NCBI GenBank assembly: GCA_964479735.1
Contig: CAYZNT010000018.1
Location: forward strand, 3,093 to 67,092
Reading direction: 5' to 3'
DNA: 64,000 bases
DNA from: an uncultured Clostridia bacterium
Lineage (GTDB): Bacteria; Acidobacteriota; Aminicenantia; UBA2199
Each line of letters starts with the position of its first letter. Positions within the stretch are counted from its first letter, which is position 1. A program made the translations under genes and the position numbers. Of this stretch, positions 37,229-46,743 are shown piece after piece. The notes under the pieces were generated by a model. The model had not been told where the DNA came from, did not search any database, and saw only the letters and a list, made by a program, of their open reading frames with translations.

Positions 37229-38609
37229 CCGTCGGCCGCGGCGGCGGCCCCTCCGCCGCCAGCAGCCCCTTGGCGCGCAGCCGCGTTCGCAGGCTCTCCC
37301 TGTCGATGGCCTTGGAAATGGCCTCGTCGGCCTCGCAGACCCCTTTTTCCACCAGCTCGGCCAGGCTCTCGTTCATCAGCCGGTTGCCCTGGGCCTTGCC
37401 GGTCTGCATCAGCGCCCCCAGCTGGAAGGTCTTGCCCTCGCGGATGATGTTGGAGACGGCGACGGTGACCACCAGCACCTCGTAGGCTGCCGTCCGGCCC
37501 CCGCCCTTCTTCCGGCACAGCATCTGCGCCACCACCCCCAGCAGGGCGTCGGCCAGCATGGTGCGGATCTGCGCCTGCTGGGTGGAGGGAAACTGGTCGA
37601 TGATGCGGTCCACCGTGCCCAGGGCGGTGGAGGTGTGCAGGGTGCCGAAAACCAGGTGGCCGGTGACGGCCATTTCGATGGCGATGGCGATGGTCTCCAG
37701 GTCGCGCATCTCGCCGACCAGGATCACGTCGGGGTCCTCGCGCAGCGCCGCGCGCAGCGCCTTCTTGAACGACTCCGTGTGGGTGTGCACCTCGCGCTGG
37801 TTGACGAACGACAGCTTGTTGGGATGCACGAACTCGACCGGGTCCTCGATGGTGATGACGTGCTTCTTCTGGGTGCGGTTGATGTGGTCGATCAGCGCCG
37901 CCAGGGTGGTCGACTTGCCGCTGCCGGTGGGGCCGGTGACCAGGATCAGCCCCTTGGGGGCGGCGCACATCTCGATCAGCGCCGCCGGAACGTCCAGGGC
38001 CGAGGCCGGCACGATGGCCGAGGGGATGCGGCGGAAGACGGCGCCGATGCCGCGCTGGTCGCGGAAGAGGTTGGCCCGGAAACGGGACACCCCCGGCAGC
38101 TCGTAGGCGAAGTCGGTGTCACTGCAGGCCAGGAACTCCCGGCGGTTGCGCTCGGGGGTCAGGGCCTCGAGCTCGCGCCACAGCCGCTCCTCGTCGAGAA
38201 CGGAGAACTCCTCCAGCAGGGTCATCTCGCCGTCGACGCGCAGGCAGGGCCGGCAACCGGAAGACAGGTGCAGGTCGGACGCGTTGCGCTGGATCATGAA
38301 TGCCAGCAGGTCGGCCAGCGGCGGCAACGCCCCCCCCTCGCCGCCCGCCTCGGGGATCACCTCCCAGCGCTCGCCGTCGCGGAGCGAGCGGAAGGCGCGG
38401 CCCTGGAAGAAGAAGCGCTCGCCGCCGGCGAAGACGCGGCGGTGCTCCCCCTGCAGCAGCTGGATTTCCTTGTCGCCGAGCGGGCGGTTCAGCAGCGGGC
38501 TCGACTGCCCGTCCTTGACCACCAGGGGCGGGGCGTTGCGGACGATGATCAGCCTCTCGCCGCCGGTCTTGAGCAGCGCGTCCAGCATCTTTTCCAGGTA
38601 GCCGCTCAT
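37218..38609 (-). CDS. pilT: Type IV pilus retraction ATPase PilT-like with an extra N-terminal domain
   Basis: ASDLHL, VTGPTGSGKSTTL, TIEDPVE, ALREDPDVILVGEMRD, TGHLVFGTLHT. Confidence 0.92.
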   Translation of the reverse strand: MSGYLEKMLDALLKTGGERLIIVRNAPPLVVKDGQSSPLLNRPLGDKEIQLLQGEHRRVFAGGERFFFQGRAFRSLRDGERWEVIPEAGGEGGALPPLADLLAFMIQRNASDLHLSSGCRPCLRVDGEMTLLEEFSVLDEERLWRELEALTPERNRREFLACSDTDFAYELPGVSRFRANLFRDQRGIGAVFRRIPSAIVPASALDVPAALIEMCAAPKGLILVTGPTGSGKSTTLAALIDHINRTQKKHVITIEDPVEFVHPNKLSFVNQREVHTHTESFKKALRAALREDPDVILVGEMRDLETIAIAIEMAVTGHLVFGTLHTSTALGTVDRIIDQFPSTQQAQIRTMLADALLGVVAQMLCRKKGGGRTAAYEVLVVTVAVSNIIREGKTFQLGALMQTGKAQGNRLMNESLAELVEKGVCEADEAISKAIDRESLRTRLRAKGLLAAEGPPPRPTVTS

Positions 38610-39058
38610 ATGCCGCTGATGGAGGCCACGTTGGCCTTGCGGATGTACAGCTTGCGGCCGCCCTGCAGGAAGGGCAGGAAAGCGTGCGGGGAGTTGAAGA
38701 AGTCGATCGGCCGGGCGTGGAAGGCCGGCAGCAGCTCGAAGTGCTTCACCTCCAGATCGAGGCCGCCGCGAAAATGGAGGCGAATGGCCCGCTCGCCCGC
38801 CTCCTCGCAGGGTTCCTTCTCGCGCACGAACAGCACCTCGGCCAGGTTGAGCAGCAGGGGCCGTTGGTCGGCGGCGCAGCGCACCGGGATGAAGGAGTCG
38901 GCTGCGGCCAGGTACTCGTCCAGGGACTCGGGGCCGCTATGGAACGGGGAGCACTGGTTGAGGTAGACGAAGTAATCCTCGGCGTCGCCGCCGCCCAGCA
39001 GCTGGATCTCCACCCGCACCTCGTTCTTGGGGATGCGCAGCTCGCTGTCCTGGATCAC
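38606..39058 (-). CDS. Hypothetical protein coupled to pilT
   Basis: GTG start, ATGA overlap with pilT. Appears to contain two internal half-repeats (SFIPVR...LLLNLAEV and AFLPFL...LYIRKANV). Confidence 0.65.
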   Translation of the reverse strand: MIQDSELRIPKNEVRVEIQLLGGGDAEDYFVYLNQCSPFHSGPESLDEYLAAADSFIPVRCAADQRPLLLNLAEVLFVREKEPCEEAGERAIRLHFRGGLDLEVKHFELLPAFHARPIDFFNSPHAFLPFLQGGRKLYIRKANVASISGI

Positions 39059-39113
39059 CCGCCCTCCTGGTCGCCTGGAACAAGGCGACTGTAGCGCACC
39101 CGGCGGCGAAAAG

Positions 39114-40751
39114 TCAAGGCCGGGTGGCCGCGCCCGCCGCCTCCCCGTCGGCCAGCAGCCAGATCGCGGCCAGCGCCAGCCGGGTCATTCGCTGCACCTG
39201 GCCGCCGTCGACTCCGGCCGCCGCGTCGCCCGGGCCGTGATAGCCGGGAAAGAAGTTACCGAAGAAGCGGACCCAGGGGACGCGCCGGCAGGCGAAGGAG
39301 GCATAGTCGCTGCCGCCCTGCCGGCCGTCGCCGCGGTCGAAGCGCAGCGCCATCCCGGTGCCGCGGCCGGCCTGCCGCAACGGCCCCTCCAGGAACGGGG
39401 CCCAGTCGGCCACCCCCGCCTCGGCGAAGCGCCCGGGATCCAGCCGCCCCCAGAATTCCGCCCCCGGATCTTGGCCCCGTTCCTGCGCCAGGCGGCGGAT
39501 CTCGGCCAGCGTCCAGGGATGGCCGATCATGTCCAGGTTGACGTAGGCCACGGTTCGCTCCAGCGGCCAGGCCGGGTGGCGCACGTAGTGGGCGGAACCG
39601 AAGTGGCCCTCCTCTTCGCCGGTCCAGAACGCGAACAGCAGCGAGCGCCGCGGCCGCGCCGCCGCGGCCGCCACCACGCGGGCCATCTCCAGCAGCGCCG
39701 CCACCCCCGACGCGTTGTCGTCGGCCCCCGGCATGAGGCGGCCGGAGACCACCCCCAGGTGGTCGAGGTGGGCGCCGACGACCACCGCCTCGTCGCGGAG
39801 GTCGGGGTCGGCGCCGGGGATCCACGCCAGCAGGTTGCGGGCCCCCGCCTCCCGCTCCCGGCCGGACCAGTCGAGCACGACGCGCGCCCCCGGGGGTGCC
39901 GCCAGGGCGGCCGAGGCCCGTGGCCGCAACCGCACCAGCGGCGGGGCGCCGCAGGGACGCCCCTCGCCCGGCGGCGCCAGGAAGGTGCGGGTCGCCGGAC
40001 CGCCGGGCGCCGCCCGAAACCGGGTCTCCAGGGCCACCACGGCCACGGCGCCGCGATCCCCGGCCGCCTGCAGCCTGGCCGCGTACCGTTCCTCCGCGTC
40101 CAGCGCCTCGTAGCGCGCCCGTTGCTCCGGCGTCGCCGCCATGTCCGGGGGCAGCCCGTCGCGCAGCAGCACGGCGCACCCCCGCACAATCCGCCCGCGG
40201 TAATCGTCGCGGCCCGTCTCCGCGTCGCAGAACCCGAAGCCGACGTCGACCAGCGGCGCCGCCAGCGCCCGGGGCGGCAGGCGGACGAACCAGGCGTCGC
40301 GTCCCGAGCGGAAGACGCGCCGCCGGGTCCGGTTGCCTCGGCCCCACTCCAGGGTCAGGCGGGCGCGGAGGCCACGGACCTCGCCGAGCGGGACCGTTTG
40401 GAAATACCCTTCCCGGCCGGCGCCGGGAGGCAGCGCCGCCACCCCGGCCTGCGCCAGCCGGGCGGCGACGTATTCTCCGGCGGCCTCCAGGCCCGGGTGT
40501 CCCAGGGCGCGGCCGGCCAGGGCGGGAGAAGCGAGGAAGGCGACGTGGGCCGCCAGGCGCTCGGCGCTCAGCGCCCGGACCGCGCCGGCCAGCGGGGGAG
40601 GCAGCGCCACGCCCGGCCCCTCCCAGACGAACTCTTTCTCCGCCGGAAGGGCGCCCCCGGTTGCGACCAGAACGGCGAGTAGCGTCGCGAGCCGCCGCGA
40701 AAGGACCCGGGCGGACCGCGCACGGCCGCCGGCCGCCGCTTCACCACGCAT
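39114..40751 (-). CDS. M28-family zinc aminopeptidase with PA-like insert
   Basis: HVAFLASPALAGR, VVGAHLDHLG, PGADDNASG, FWTGEEEGHFGS, NLDMIG, GSDYASF, YHGPGD. Confidence 0.9.
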   Translation of the reverse strand: MRGEAAAGGRARSARVLSRRLATLLAVLVATGGALPAEKEFVWEGPGVALPPPLAGAVRALSAERLAAHVAFLASPALAGRALGHPGLEAAGEYVAARLAQAGVAALPPGAGREGYFQTVPLGEVRGLRARLTLEWGRGNRTRRRVFRSGRDAWFVRLPPRALAAPLVDVGFGFCDAETGRDDYRGRIVRGCAVLLRDGLPPDMAATPEQRARYEALDAEERYAARLQAAGDRGAVAVVALETRFRAAPGGPATRTFLAPPGEGRPCGAPPLVRLRPRASAALAAPPGARVVLDWSGREREAGARNLLAWIPGADPDLRDEAVVVGAHLDHLGVVSGRLMPGADDNASGVAALLEMARVVAAAAARPRRSLLFAFWTGEEEGHFGSAHYVRHPAWPLERTVAYVNLDMIGHPWTLAEIRRLAQERGQDPGAEFWGRLDPGRFAEAGVADWAPFLEGPLRQAGRGTGMALRFDRGDGRQGGSDYASFACRRVPWVRFFGNFFPGYHGPGDAAAGVDGGQVQRMTRLALAAIWLLADGEAAGAATRP

Positions 40752-41553
40752 AGCAGTAGAGGCAGCCGAAGCGGCAGGAGCCGTAGGCCCCGACGTCGAC
40801 GCTGCGCTGGCAGCGGCAGGCGGCCCGCTGCCGCGGGTCCTTTTCGTACACGACGTCCAGGTCGAAGCGGTCTCGCAGCAGCTCGTCGTCCACGCACTTG
40901 CCGGGAGCGATCCCCCACGCCGCCCAGGCCGGGTCCTCGGCGCACGACTGGATTGCCAGGTGACGGTTGGTCGCCTCCGCGGCGAAGTCGGCCAGCAGCC
41001 CCGGCAGCACGACGGCCGTCTCCTCCTCCGTCCACGGGGCGACCCCGGCCCGGCGCAGCCGCGCGGCGGCCTTTCGGTAGGGGTCGTAGAGCGAGACCAC
41101 GACCCGGAAGGCGTGCGCCGCCAACCGCTTGGCCAGGAGGCTGAAATTGCGGCGCTGGAAGGCGGCGTCGCTGGCGGCGGTCAGCAGCACCGGGTCGTAC
41201 CGCCAAACCAGGCGGTTTCGCCCGACCAGATCCGCCAGCTCGGCCACGGCGGCCACGGCCGCCTCGACCGGCGGGGCGCGCGGCTCCAGAACGGCCGGGT
41301 AGCCGGTGAGGGTGACCATGACGTAGAAGGGGACGCGCCTCCGCTCCAGGCCGGCCAGCAGCGGCAGCATCGGCCGCGGCCATCGGGTCCAGAAGACGAA
41401 CGCCCGGACGGCGGCCGGCGAGAGGTCGATCCGGCGCCGCTGCGACGGCCGGAAGGGGTTGGCCACCTCCAGGGCGCCGCGCTCCAGCGCCGCGGCGAAC
41501 CACTCCGCCTGCCCGGCCGGCACGTCGGCGCGGCGCGAAACGGAGACGATCAT
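40741..41553 (-). CDS. DUF1848-domain protein (radical-SAM-like)
   Basis: MIVSVSRRADVPA, VFWTRWP, WRYDP, CVD, CQRSVDVGAYGSCRFGCLYCYA. Confidence 0.85.
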   Translation of the reverse strand: MIVSVSRRADVPAGQAEWFAAALERGALEVANPFRPSQRRRIDLSPAAVRAFVFWTRWPRPMLPLLAGLERRRVPFYVMVTLTGYPAVLEPRAPPVEAAVAAVAELADLVGRNRLVWRYDPVLLTAASDAAFQRRNFSLLAKRLAAHAFRVVVSLYDPYRKAAARLRRAGVAPWTEEETAVVLPGLLADFAAEATNRHLAIQSCAEDPAWAAWGIAPGKCVDDELLRDRFDLDVVYEKDPRQRAACRCQRSVDVGAYGSCRFGCLYCYAW

Positions 41554-41564
41554 GGTCTCGCCGC

Positions 41565-43091
41565 TCAGCCGTCGCCGGGACCGATGTCCCGCAGCTCACG
41601 GTCGGCCGGAAACTTGCGCAGCGCCTCGGCCATGGCCTCCTGGGCGGCCGCCGCCTGCCCGCCGGACTGCAGCACCTTGATCAGCAGCAGGTAGTTGCCG
41701 GCGTTCTCGTTCAGGAAGAGGGCGCCGCGCCCGTACATCTCGGCGGCGTCCAATTGACGGCGCTGGAGGTGGATCAAGGCCAGCAGGTGGTGGCCGTCGG
41801 CCAGGAAGGGGTTGATTTCCAGCGCCTGCTGCACTTTGTCCAGGGCGCCCTCCAGGTCGTTTTCCAGGAACAGGCTGCGCGCCTCGGCGCACAACGCCCG
41901 CGCCTCGCCGTCGGCCGGGGTCGCGGCGGTGGCGGCGTAGGGGCTGAGCAGGCGCGGAGCCAGGGCCGGCTCGTCCCCCTTGAGCGGCGGCGCCAGGACG
42001 TAGGAGCGGAACGCCCCGTCCAGCAGGGCGCGAGGCTCGCTGCCGGCCAGGGCGCGGACGAACAGCGTCCGCAGCCCCTCGTCCTCCGGAAACTGCGTCA
42101 GGCCGCGCACCAGCTCGCGCCGGGCCAGGGTCGACAGGCCGGTCCGCTGCAGCAGCAGGACCAGGTTCTGGAAGATCTCCGGCGCCTGGCGCAGGGTCAG
42201 GGCGCGGCGCAGGCAGGACAGCGCCGCCTCGTCTTCGCCCCGCCCCATGTAGACCACCCCCAGGTTGTTGCCGGTCTCGACCGGGAAGACGCCGGCGCGC
42301 TGGAGTTCGAGGAGGCGGTTCAGGGCGTCGTCGGCCCGGTTCTCGTGCCAGTCGGCCAGGGCCAGCAGGAAGCGCTTGCCGTCGACGTGCAGCAGGGAGT
42401 CGCCGATGCGCTCGAGCAGGGCCCGCGCCGAGGCGAACTGCCCCTCCTGCAGGCGCAGCCGTCCCAGCTCGAACAGGGCGAAGTCCGAGCGCGTGCCGGC
42501 GTCGGCCAACGGCTGCAGCAGCTCGGCCTTCTTGCCCCCGTCACCCACCAGCAGGCTCTTGATGAAGCGCTCGTACTCGGCCGGGCTCAGGTTCAGCTCG
42601 GGCTGCCGGGCGTTGAGCGCCGGGCGGTTGAACGCCTTGAGCAGCTGGCGCAGCAGCTCCGCCTGCAGGCGGAAGAGGTCCTCGGTGCGGGCGCGCAGCA
42701 GCGGCAGGTGCGTCTGCCGGCCGCCGACCACGTCCACCAGCGACATCTTGACGGTGATCGGCATCGCCGCCGACGCGCGGTAGAGCACCTGGCCCAGCAC
42801 CAGGGTGTCGGCGCCCTCCTGGCGGGCCAGCAGGATCGCCGTGGCCTTGGCGATGTCGAAGGGGAAGCGGATGCCGCGCCCCTCCAGACCGGCGCGCATC
42901 TCCTCGTCGCCGAAGACGGCGGCGCCGTTGAGGCGCAGGCCGGCGGTCAGGTAGAAAGAGAGGGCCTGGCCCAGCCAGCGGTGGGCGCTCTGGCCGGACT
43001 CGGCGACGCGGAAGGGCAGCACCAGCGCCCGCGCCGGAAGGGCGGCGCCCAGGGCGCACAGGAACAGCAGCAGGAATATGGTTTTTTTCAT
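41565..43091 (-). CDS. Secreted tetratricopeptide-repeat protein with an N-terminal TolB/CsgG-like domain
   Basis: Signal peptide MKKTIFLLLFLCALGAALPARA, LVLPF..WLGQAL motif, TPRs (NNLGVVYM, HHLLALIHL). Confidence 0.8.
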   Translation of the reverse strand: MKKTIFLLLFLCALGAALPARALVLPFRVAESGQSAHRWLGQALSFYLTAGLRLNGAAVFGDEEMRAGLEGRGIRFPFDIAKATAILLARQEGADTLVLGQVLYRASAAMPITVKMSLVDVVGGRQTHLPLLRARTEDLFRLQAELLRQLLKAFNRPALNARQPELNLSPAEYERFIKSLLVGDGGKKAELLQPLADAGTRSDFALFELGRLRLQEGQFASARALLERIGDSLLHVDGKRFLLALADWHENRADDALNRLLELQRAGVFPVETGNNLGVVYMGRGEDEAALSCLRRALTLRQAPEIFQNLVLLLQRTGLSTLARRELVRGLTQFPEDEGLRTLFVRALAGSEPRALLDGAFRSYVLAPPLKGDEPALAPRLLSPYAATAATPADGEARALCAEARSLFLENDLEGALDKVQQALEINPFLADGHHLLALIHLQRRQLDAAEMYGRGALFLNENAGNYLLLIKVLQSGGQAAAAQEAMAEALRKFPADRELRDIGPGDG

Positions 43092-44755
43092 GGCAGTGGC
43101 AAGCGGAGGAGGAAATCGTGCAGCAACGTGGCCCCGTTGAGCTCCGCGCGGCCGCCGCCCTCCAGCCGGAAGGCGAACGCATAGCGCGGCCGCGCACAGG
43201 GGAAATAGCCGATCAGGATGGCGTCCAGGCCGTCGGCCGAACTCCCGGCCGTGCCGGTCTTGGCGGCCACGCAGACGGCGTCGAGGCGCGCGCGCCGCCC
43301 CGTTCCCTGCTCGCTGGCCACCACCGCGGCCATCCCGCTTTTCAGCTCGCGCAGGGCCCGGTCGTCGGCCAGGATCCGGCGCCTCCCGCCGCGGTGGGCG
43401 TAGCAGCCGAGCTGCAGCGCGTTCTTCTCGGAGTCGACCAGGTAGGGCGACGAGAACTCGCCGTCGCGGGCGATGGTCGCGGCCATTACCGCCGCCTGCA
43501 GGGTGGTTACGGTGACCTGGTCCAGCCCGACCGCCAGCCGGCAGAGCTGGTAGTCGTCCCGCGGCAACCGGATCCGCCCGCAGCGGAAACGCAGCCAGCG
43601 GTCGCGCCACGGCTCGCCGTCGAAGGAGAAGAGGCGCAGCGCCGCGACCAGCCGTTCACGGCCGACCTGCAGCCCCATGCGCGCGTAGGCCAGGTTGCAG
43701 GAGACCGCCAGGGCGGCGTCGCTGTCGGGAAGCGTGTCGTGGGCGATCCAGTCGTAGAACGCCTTGCCGGCCACGGTCATGCTGCCGCGGCAGGTGAAGG
43801 GGAAGAAGCCGACCGGCGCGGACTCCCGCCAGGCCAGCTGCGTGACCAGCTTGACGATCGAGCCGGGCTCGTACTCCTGCTCGAAGGCGGCCTGGGCCGG
43901 ACCGCCGCCGCGGGGCCGCGAATAGGCGGCCACGATGCCGTTGTCTTCCAGGTCGAGCAGCACGAACGTCCCGGCGAAGGGGCGGAACAGCTCGGCCAGC
44001 AGGAGCTGCACGCGCGCGTCCAGGGTCAGGGAGAAATAGCGCAGGCCGCCGGCCATGGCGGGGTCGAAGGGCGAGACGTCGAAACCGGGCAGCAACGGGT
44101 GCGACCGGCCCCGGGCGGGGTCGTACTCGGCCAGCGGTGTGCCGCGGCGATCGAACAGGTAGGCGAATCGGCCCTGCCGCAGCGCCTGGTTGACCTGCCG
44201 CAGCAGCAGCACCGCCTTGACCTGCTCACGCTGGAAGGAGGCCGACAGCCGCGCCAGGCACTGCTCCGACTCGCCCGGCCGGTAGAGCGCGGTGCGCGCC
44301 AGGGCGGCATGGAAGAGGGCCTCGTCGCTGCCGCCGGGCAGCAGGAACTCGCTGTAGGCCAGCAGTTCGCGGTAGCGGGCTCGGTCGGCGAACAGGCGCA
44401 GCAGCGCGGGCCGCGGCAAAGCGCCCCCGCCGCCGGGGCGGGGCAGGCCCTGCAGCTGCCGGCGCCCGCCCTCCAGGTCGCCGTCGTCGAGCCGCAGCAG
44501 CGCCCGCAGCTCGGCCTTGGCGGCCCGGCGCAGCGGCCACCCGGCCCGTTCCAGCTCCTGCGAGGCGGCGATACGCTCTCCGGCCAGCAGCTGCGAGGCG
44601 GCCCGGCGCACGCGCCGGCCGTCGACCCAGTTCAGCCAGGCGGCGCCGGCGGCGGCCAGCAGCAGAACCAGCGCGCCCAGGCGCAGCAGGCGGCGCCGGC
44701 GGCGGCTGCGCCGGGAGGCGAAGGTGAAGCGCACATCCTTGTAGTCCAGCACCAA
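43088..44755 (-). CDS. Penicillin-binding transpeptidase-domain protein with a helical/TPR-like N-terminus
   Basis: One TM, then SxxK (EPGSIVK), SxN (VSCN), KTG (AAKTGTA). ATGA overlap with the TPR gene. Confidence 0.85.
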   Translation of the reverse strand: MVLDYKDVRFTFASRRSRRRRRLLRLGALVLLLAAAGAAWLNWVDGRRVRRAASQLLAGERIAASQELERAGWPLRRAAKAELRALLRLDDGDLEGGRRQLQGLPRPGGGGALPRPALLRLFADRARYRELLAYSEFLLPGGSDEALFHAALARTALYRPGESEQCLARLSASFQREQVKAVLLLRQVNQALRQGRFAYLFDRRGTPLAEYDPARGRSHPLLPGFDVSPFDPAMAGGLRYFSLTLDARVQLLLAELFRPFAGTFVLLDLEDNGIVAAYSRPRGGGPAQAAFEQEYEPGSIVKLVTQLAWRESAPVGFFPFTCRGSMTVAGKAFYDWIAHDTLPDSDAALAVSCNLAYARMGLQVGRERLVAALRLFSFDGEPWRDRWLRFRCGRIRLPRDDYQLCRLAVGLDQVTVTTLQAAVMAATIARDGEFSSPYLVDSEKNALQLGCYAHRGGRRRILADDRALRELKSGMAAVVASEQGTGRRARLDAVCVAAKTGTAGSSADGLDAILIGYFPCARPRYAFAFRLEGGGRAELNGATLLHDFLLRLPLP

Positions 44756-44779
44756 GACGGCCTCCGCCGCGAGCGCGGC

Positions 44780-45961
44780 TCAGGCGCGCAGGTACGCCTC
44801 GATCCGCCTCAGCCCCTCCTCGATGTCGGCCATGGAGGTGGCGTAGGAGATGCGCAGGTAGTCGGGCGCGCCGAAGGCCGAGCCGGGCACGAGAATGACG
44901 TTCAGCTTCTCCAGGATGTCCATCGACAGGGCGTTGTCGTCGGCCAGGCCGCGGCGGCGGATCCAGTGGGAGAAGTCGGCGAAGAAGTAGAAGGCGCCGT
45001 CGGGCAGGCGGTAGCCGATGTGGCCGATCTCGTCGACGCGGCGGGCGAAAAAATCGCGCCGGCGGCGGTATTCGGCGACCATGCGCTCCACCTCCTGCTG
45101 CGGCCCCAGCAAAGCCTCCACGGCGGCTTTCTGGGTGATCGAGCTGGGGTTGGAGGTGGAATGCTCCTGGATCTTGCCCATGGCGGCGCACAGCGGCGCC
45201 GGGGCGATGGTGTACCCGAGGCGCCAGCCGGTCATGGCGTAGCTCTTGGAGAGCGAGGCGACCACGGCCACGTGGTCGCGCGCCCCGGGCACCAGCGTCA
45301 GCGGCGCCGGGTAGGGGTCGCTGCCGTAGAGGATGCGGCGGTAACAGTCGTCGACGACGACCAGCACCCCGGCGGCGGCGAAGTGGCGGATCAGCCGGGC
45401 GAGCTCCTGGGCCGGCATGACCATGCCGGTCGGGTTGGAGGGCGAGTTGACGATCACCGCCCGGGTGCGCGGCGTGGCGACGCGGATGTAGGAGTCGGCG
45501 GTCAACGCGAAGAGGTTGGACGGGGCGAGGTGGTCGGCGAAGACCACCTGGCCGCCGCAGAAGCGGACCATTTCGGGGTAGGAGACCCAGTAGGGGCGTG
45601 GCACGATCACTTCGTCCCCGGGATCGACCAGGGCCTGCAGCAGGATGAACATGCCGTACTTGGAGCCGGGCGAGGCGATGATCTCGTTGTCGGCCGGCTC
45701 GACGCCCTGCTCCCGGCCGTATGACTGGCGGATGGCCTTCTTCAGCTCGGCCGTGCCGGAGGTGGTGGTGTAGCGGGTGAAGTTGCCCTGGATGGCCGCG
45801 CAGCCGGCCTGCTTGATGTTCTCCGGGGTCGGGAAGTCGGGCTCGCCGGCGCCGAAGTCGAGGATGGTCTTGCCCTGGGCCACCAGCTGGTTCTTGATCT
45901 GCACCAGTTTCAGGGTGGGCGAACTGGTCACGCCCTGCACCCGCTCGGACAGCTTGATCAT
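44780..45961 (-). CDS. Class I PLP-dependent (aspartate) aminotransferase
   Basis: SSPTLKL, FGAGEPDF, YWVSYPE, NSPSNPTG, SLSKSYAMTGWRLG, PDGAFY. Confidence 0.93.
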   Translation of the reverse strand: MIKLSERVQGVTSSPTLKLVQIKNQLVAQGKTILDFGAGEPDFPTPENIKQAGCAAIQGNFTRYTTTSGTAELKKAIRQSYGREQGVEPADNEIIASPGSKYGMFILLQALVDPGDEVIVPRPYWVSYPEMVRFCGGQVVFADHLAPSNLFALTADSYIRVATPRTRAVIVNSPSNPTGMVMPAQELARLIRHFAAAGVLVVVDDCYRRILYGSDPYPAPLTLVPGARDHVAVVASLSKSYAMTGWRLGYTIAPAPLCAAMGKIQEHSTSNPSSITQKAAVEALLGPQQEVERMVAEYRRRRDFFARRVDEIGHIGYRLPDGAFYFFADFSHWIRRRGLADDNALSMDILEKLNVILVPGSAFGAPDYLRISYATSMADIEEGLRRIEAYLRA

Positions 45962-46533
45962 GGTTTCCCTCCGAATAGTCCCTGCTCGGCGGCGCGCGCC
46001 AGCACGTGCAGGGCGAACAGGTGCATCTCCTGCACCGCCGGCGTGTCGCCTCCCGCGACGGTCACCACCACGTCGGCGCCGGCCGCTTCCAGCGCGCGTC
46101 GCTCCTCCCCGCCCAGGGCGATGGTGGCCAGGCCGCGCCGGCGGGCCGCCTGCAGCGCCGCCAGCACGTTGGCGGAACGTCCGCTGGTGGTCAGGACCAG
46201 CAGCAGGTCTCCCGGCCGGCCGAGGGCTTCCACCTGGCGCGCGAACACGGAGCGGAAGTCGTCGTCGTTGGCCACCGAGGTGAGCACCGCCGGGTCGCAG
46301 GCCAGGGCCAGCGCCGGCAACCCCGGCCGGTCGAAGGCGAAGCGGTTGACGAGCTCGGCGGCGAAGTGCGAGGCCTGGGTGGCCGAGCCCCCGTTGCCGC
46401 AGGCCAGCACCTTGCCGCCGCCGCGCAGGCAGCCCAGCAGCCCGGCGGCGGCCCGCTCGAGCTCGGGGTCGGCCGCCAGCCGGGCCAGCAGCCCGGCGCG
46501 CAGCTCCACCTCGCCGGGGTCAACCAGCGGCAT
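45958..46533 (-). CDS. gmhA: D-sedoheptulose-7-phosphate isomerase
   Basis: ACGNGGSATQASHFAAELVNRF, TSVAND, FARQVEA, TTSGRSANV, QEMHL. Start 46533 gives 191 aa. Confidence 0.9.
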   Translation of the reverse strand: MPLVDPGEVELRAGLLARLAADPELERAAAGLLGCLRGGGKVLACGNGGSATQASHFAAELVNRFAFDRPGLPALALACDPAVLTSVANDDDFRSVFARQVEALGRPGDLLLVLTTSGRSANVLAALQAARRRGLATIALGGEERRALEAAGADVVVTVAGGDTPAVQEMHLFALHVLARAAEQGLFGGKP

Positions 46534-46627
46534 GGAAGCGGCCGGAGACGCGAAGGCCGGCGGCGGGGCGGGCGGGATTGCGGAGCAACGGGGCCATGGT
46601 CTCCATTGTATAAGGTTTTTTGCCGCG

Positions 46628-46650
46628 CTTGTCAAGGAACGGTTGACAAG
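46628..46650. promoter_or_regulatory. Back-to-back TTGACA elements (CTTGTCAA-N7-TTGACAAG) of divergent gmhA/gdhA promoters
   Basis: 8-7-8 inverted repeat. Each half is a consensus -35 pointing outward, with TACAAT (minus, 46610-05) and TAAAAA(T) (plus, about 46666-72). Confidence 0.55.
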
Positions 46651-46743
46651 GCGGGTTTTCTTTGTTAAAAATGGCTTTGAAGCGTCCCATGCCCACATCC
46701 CCGTCCAGCTCACGATTTCAATTCAACCCATAAGGAGAGGTCC

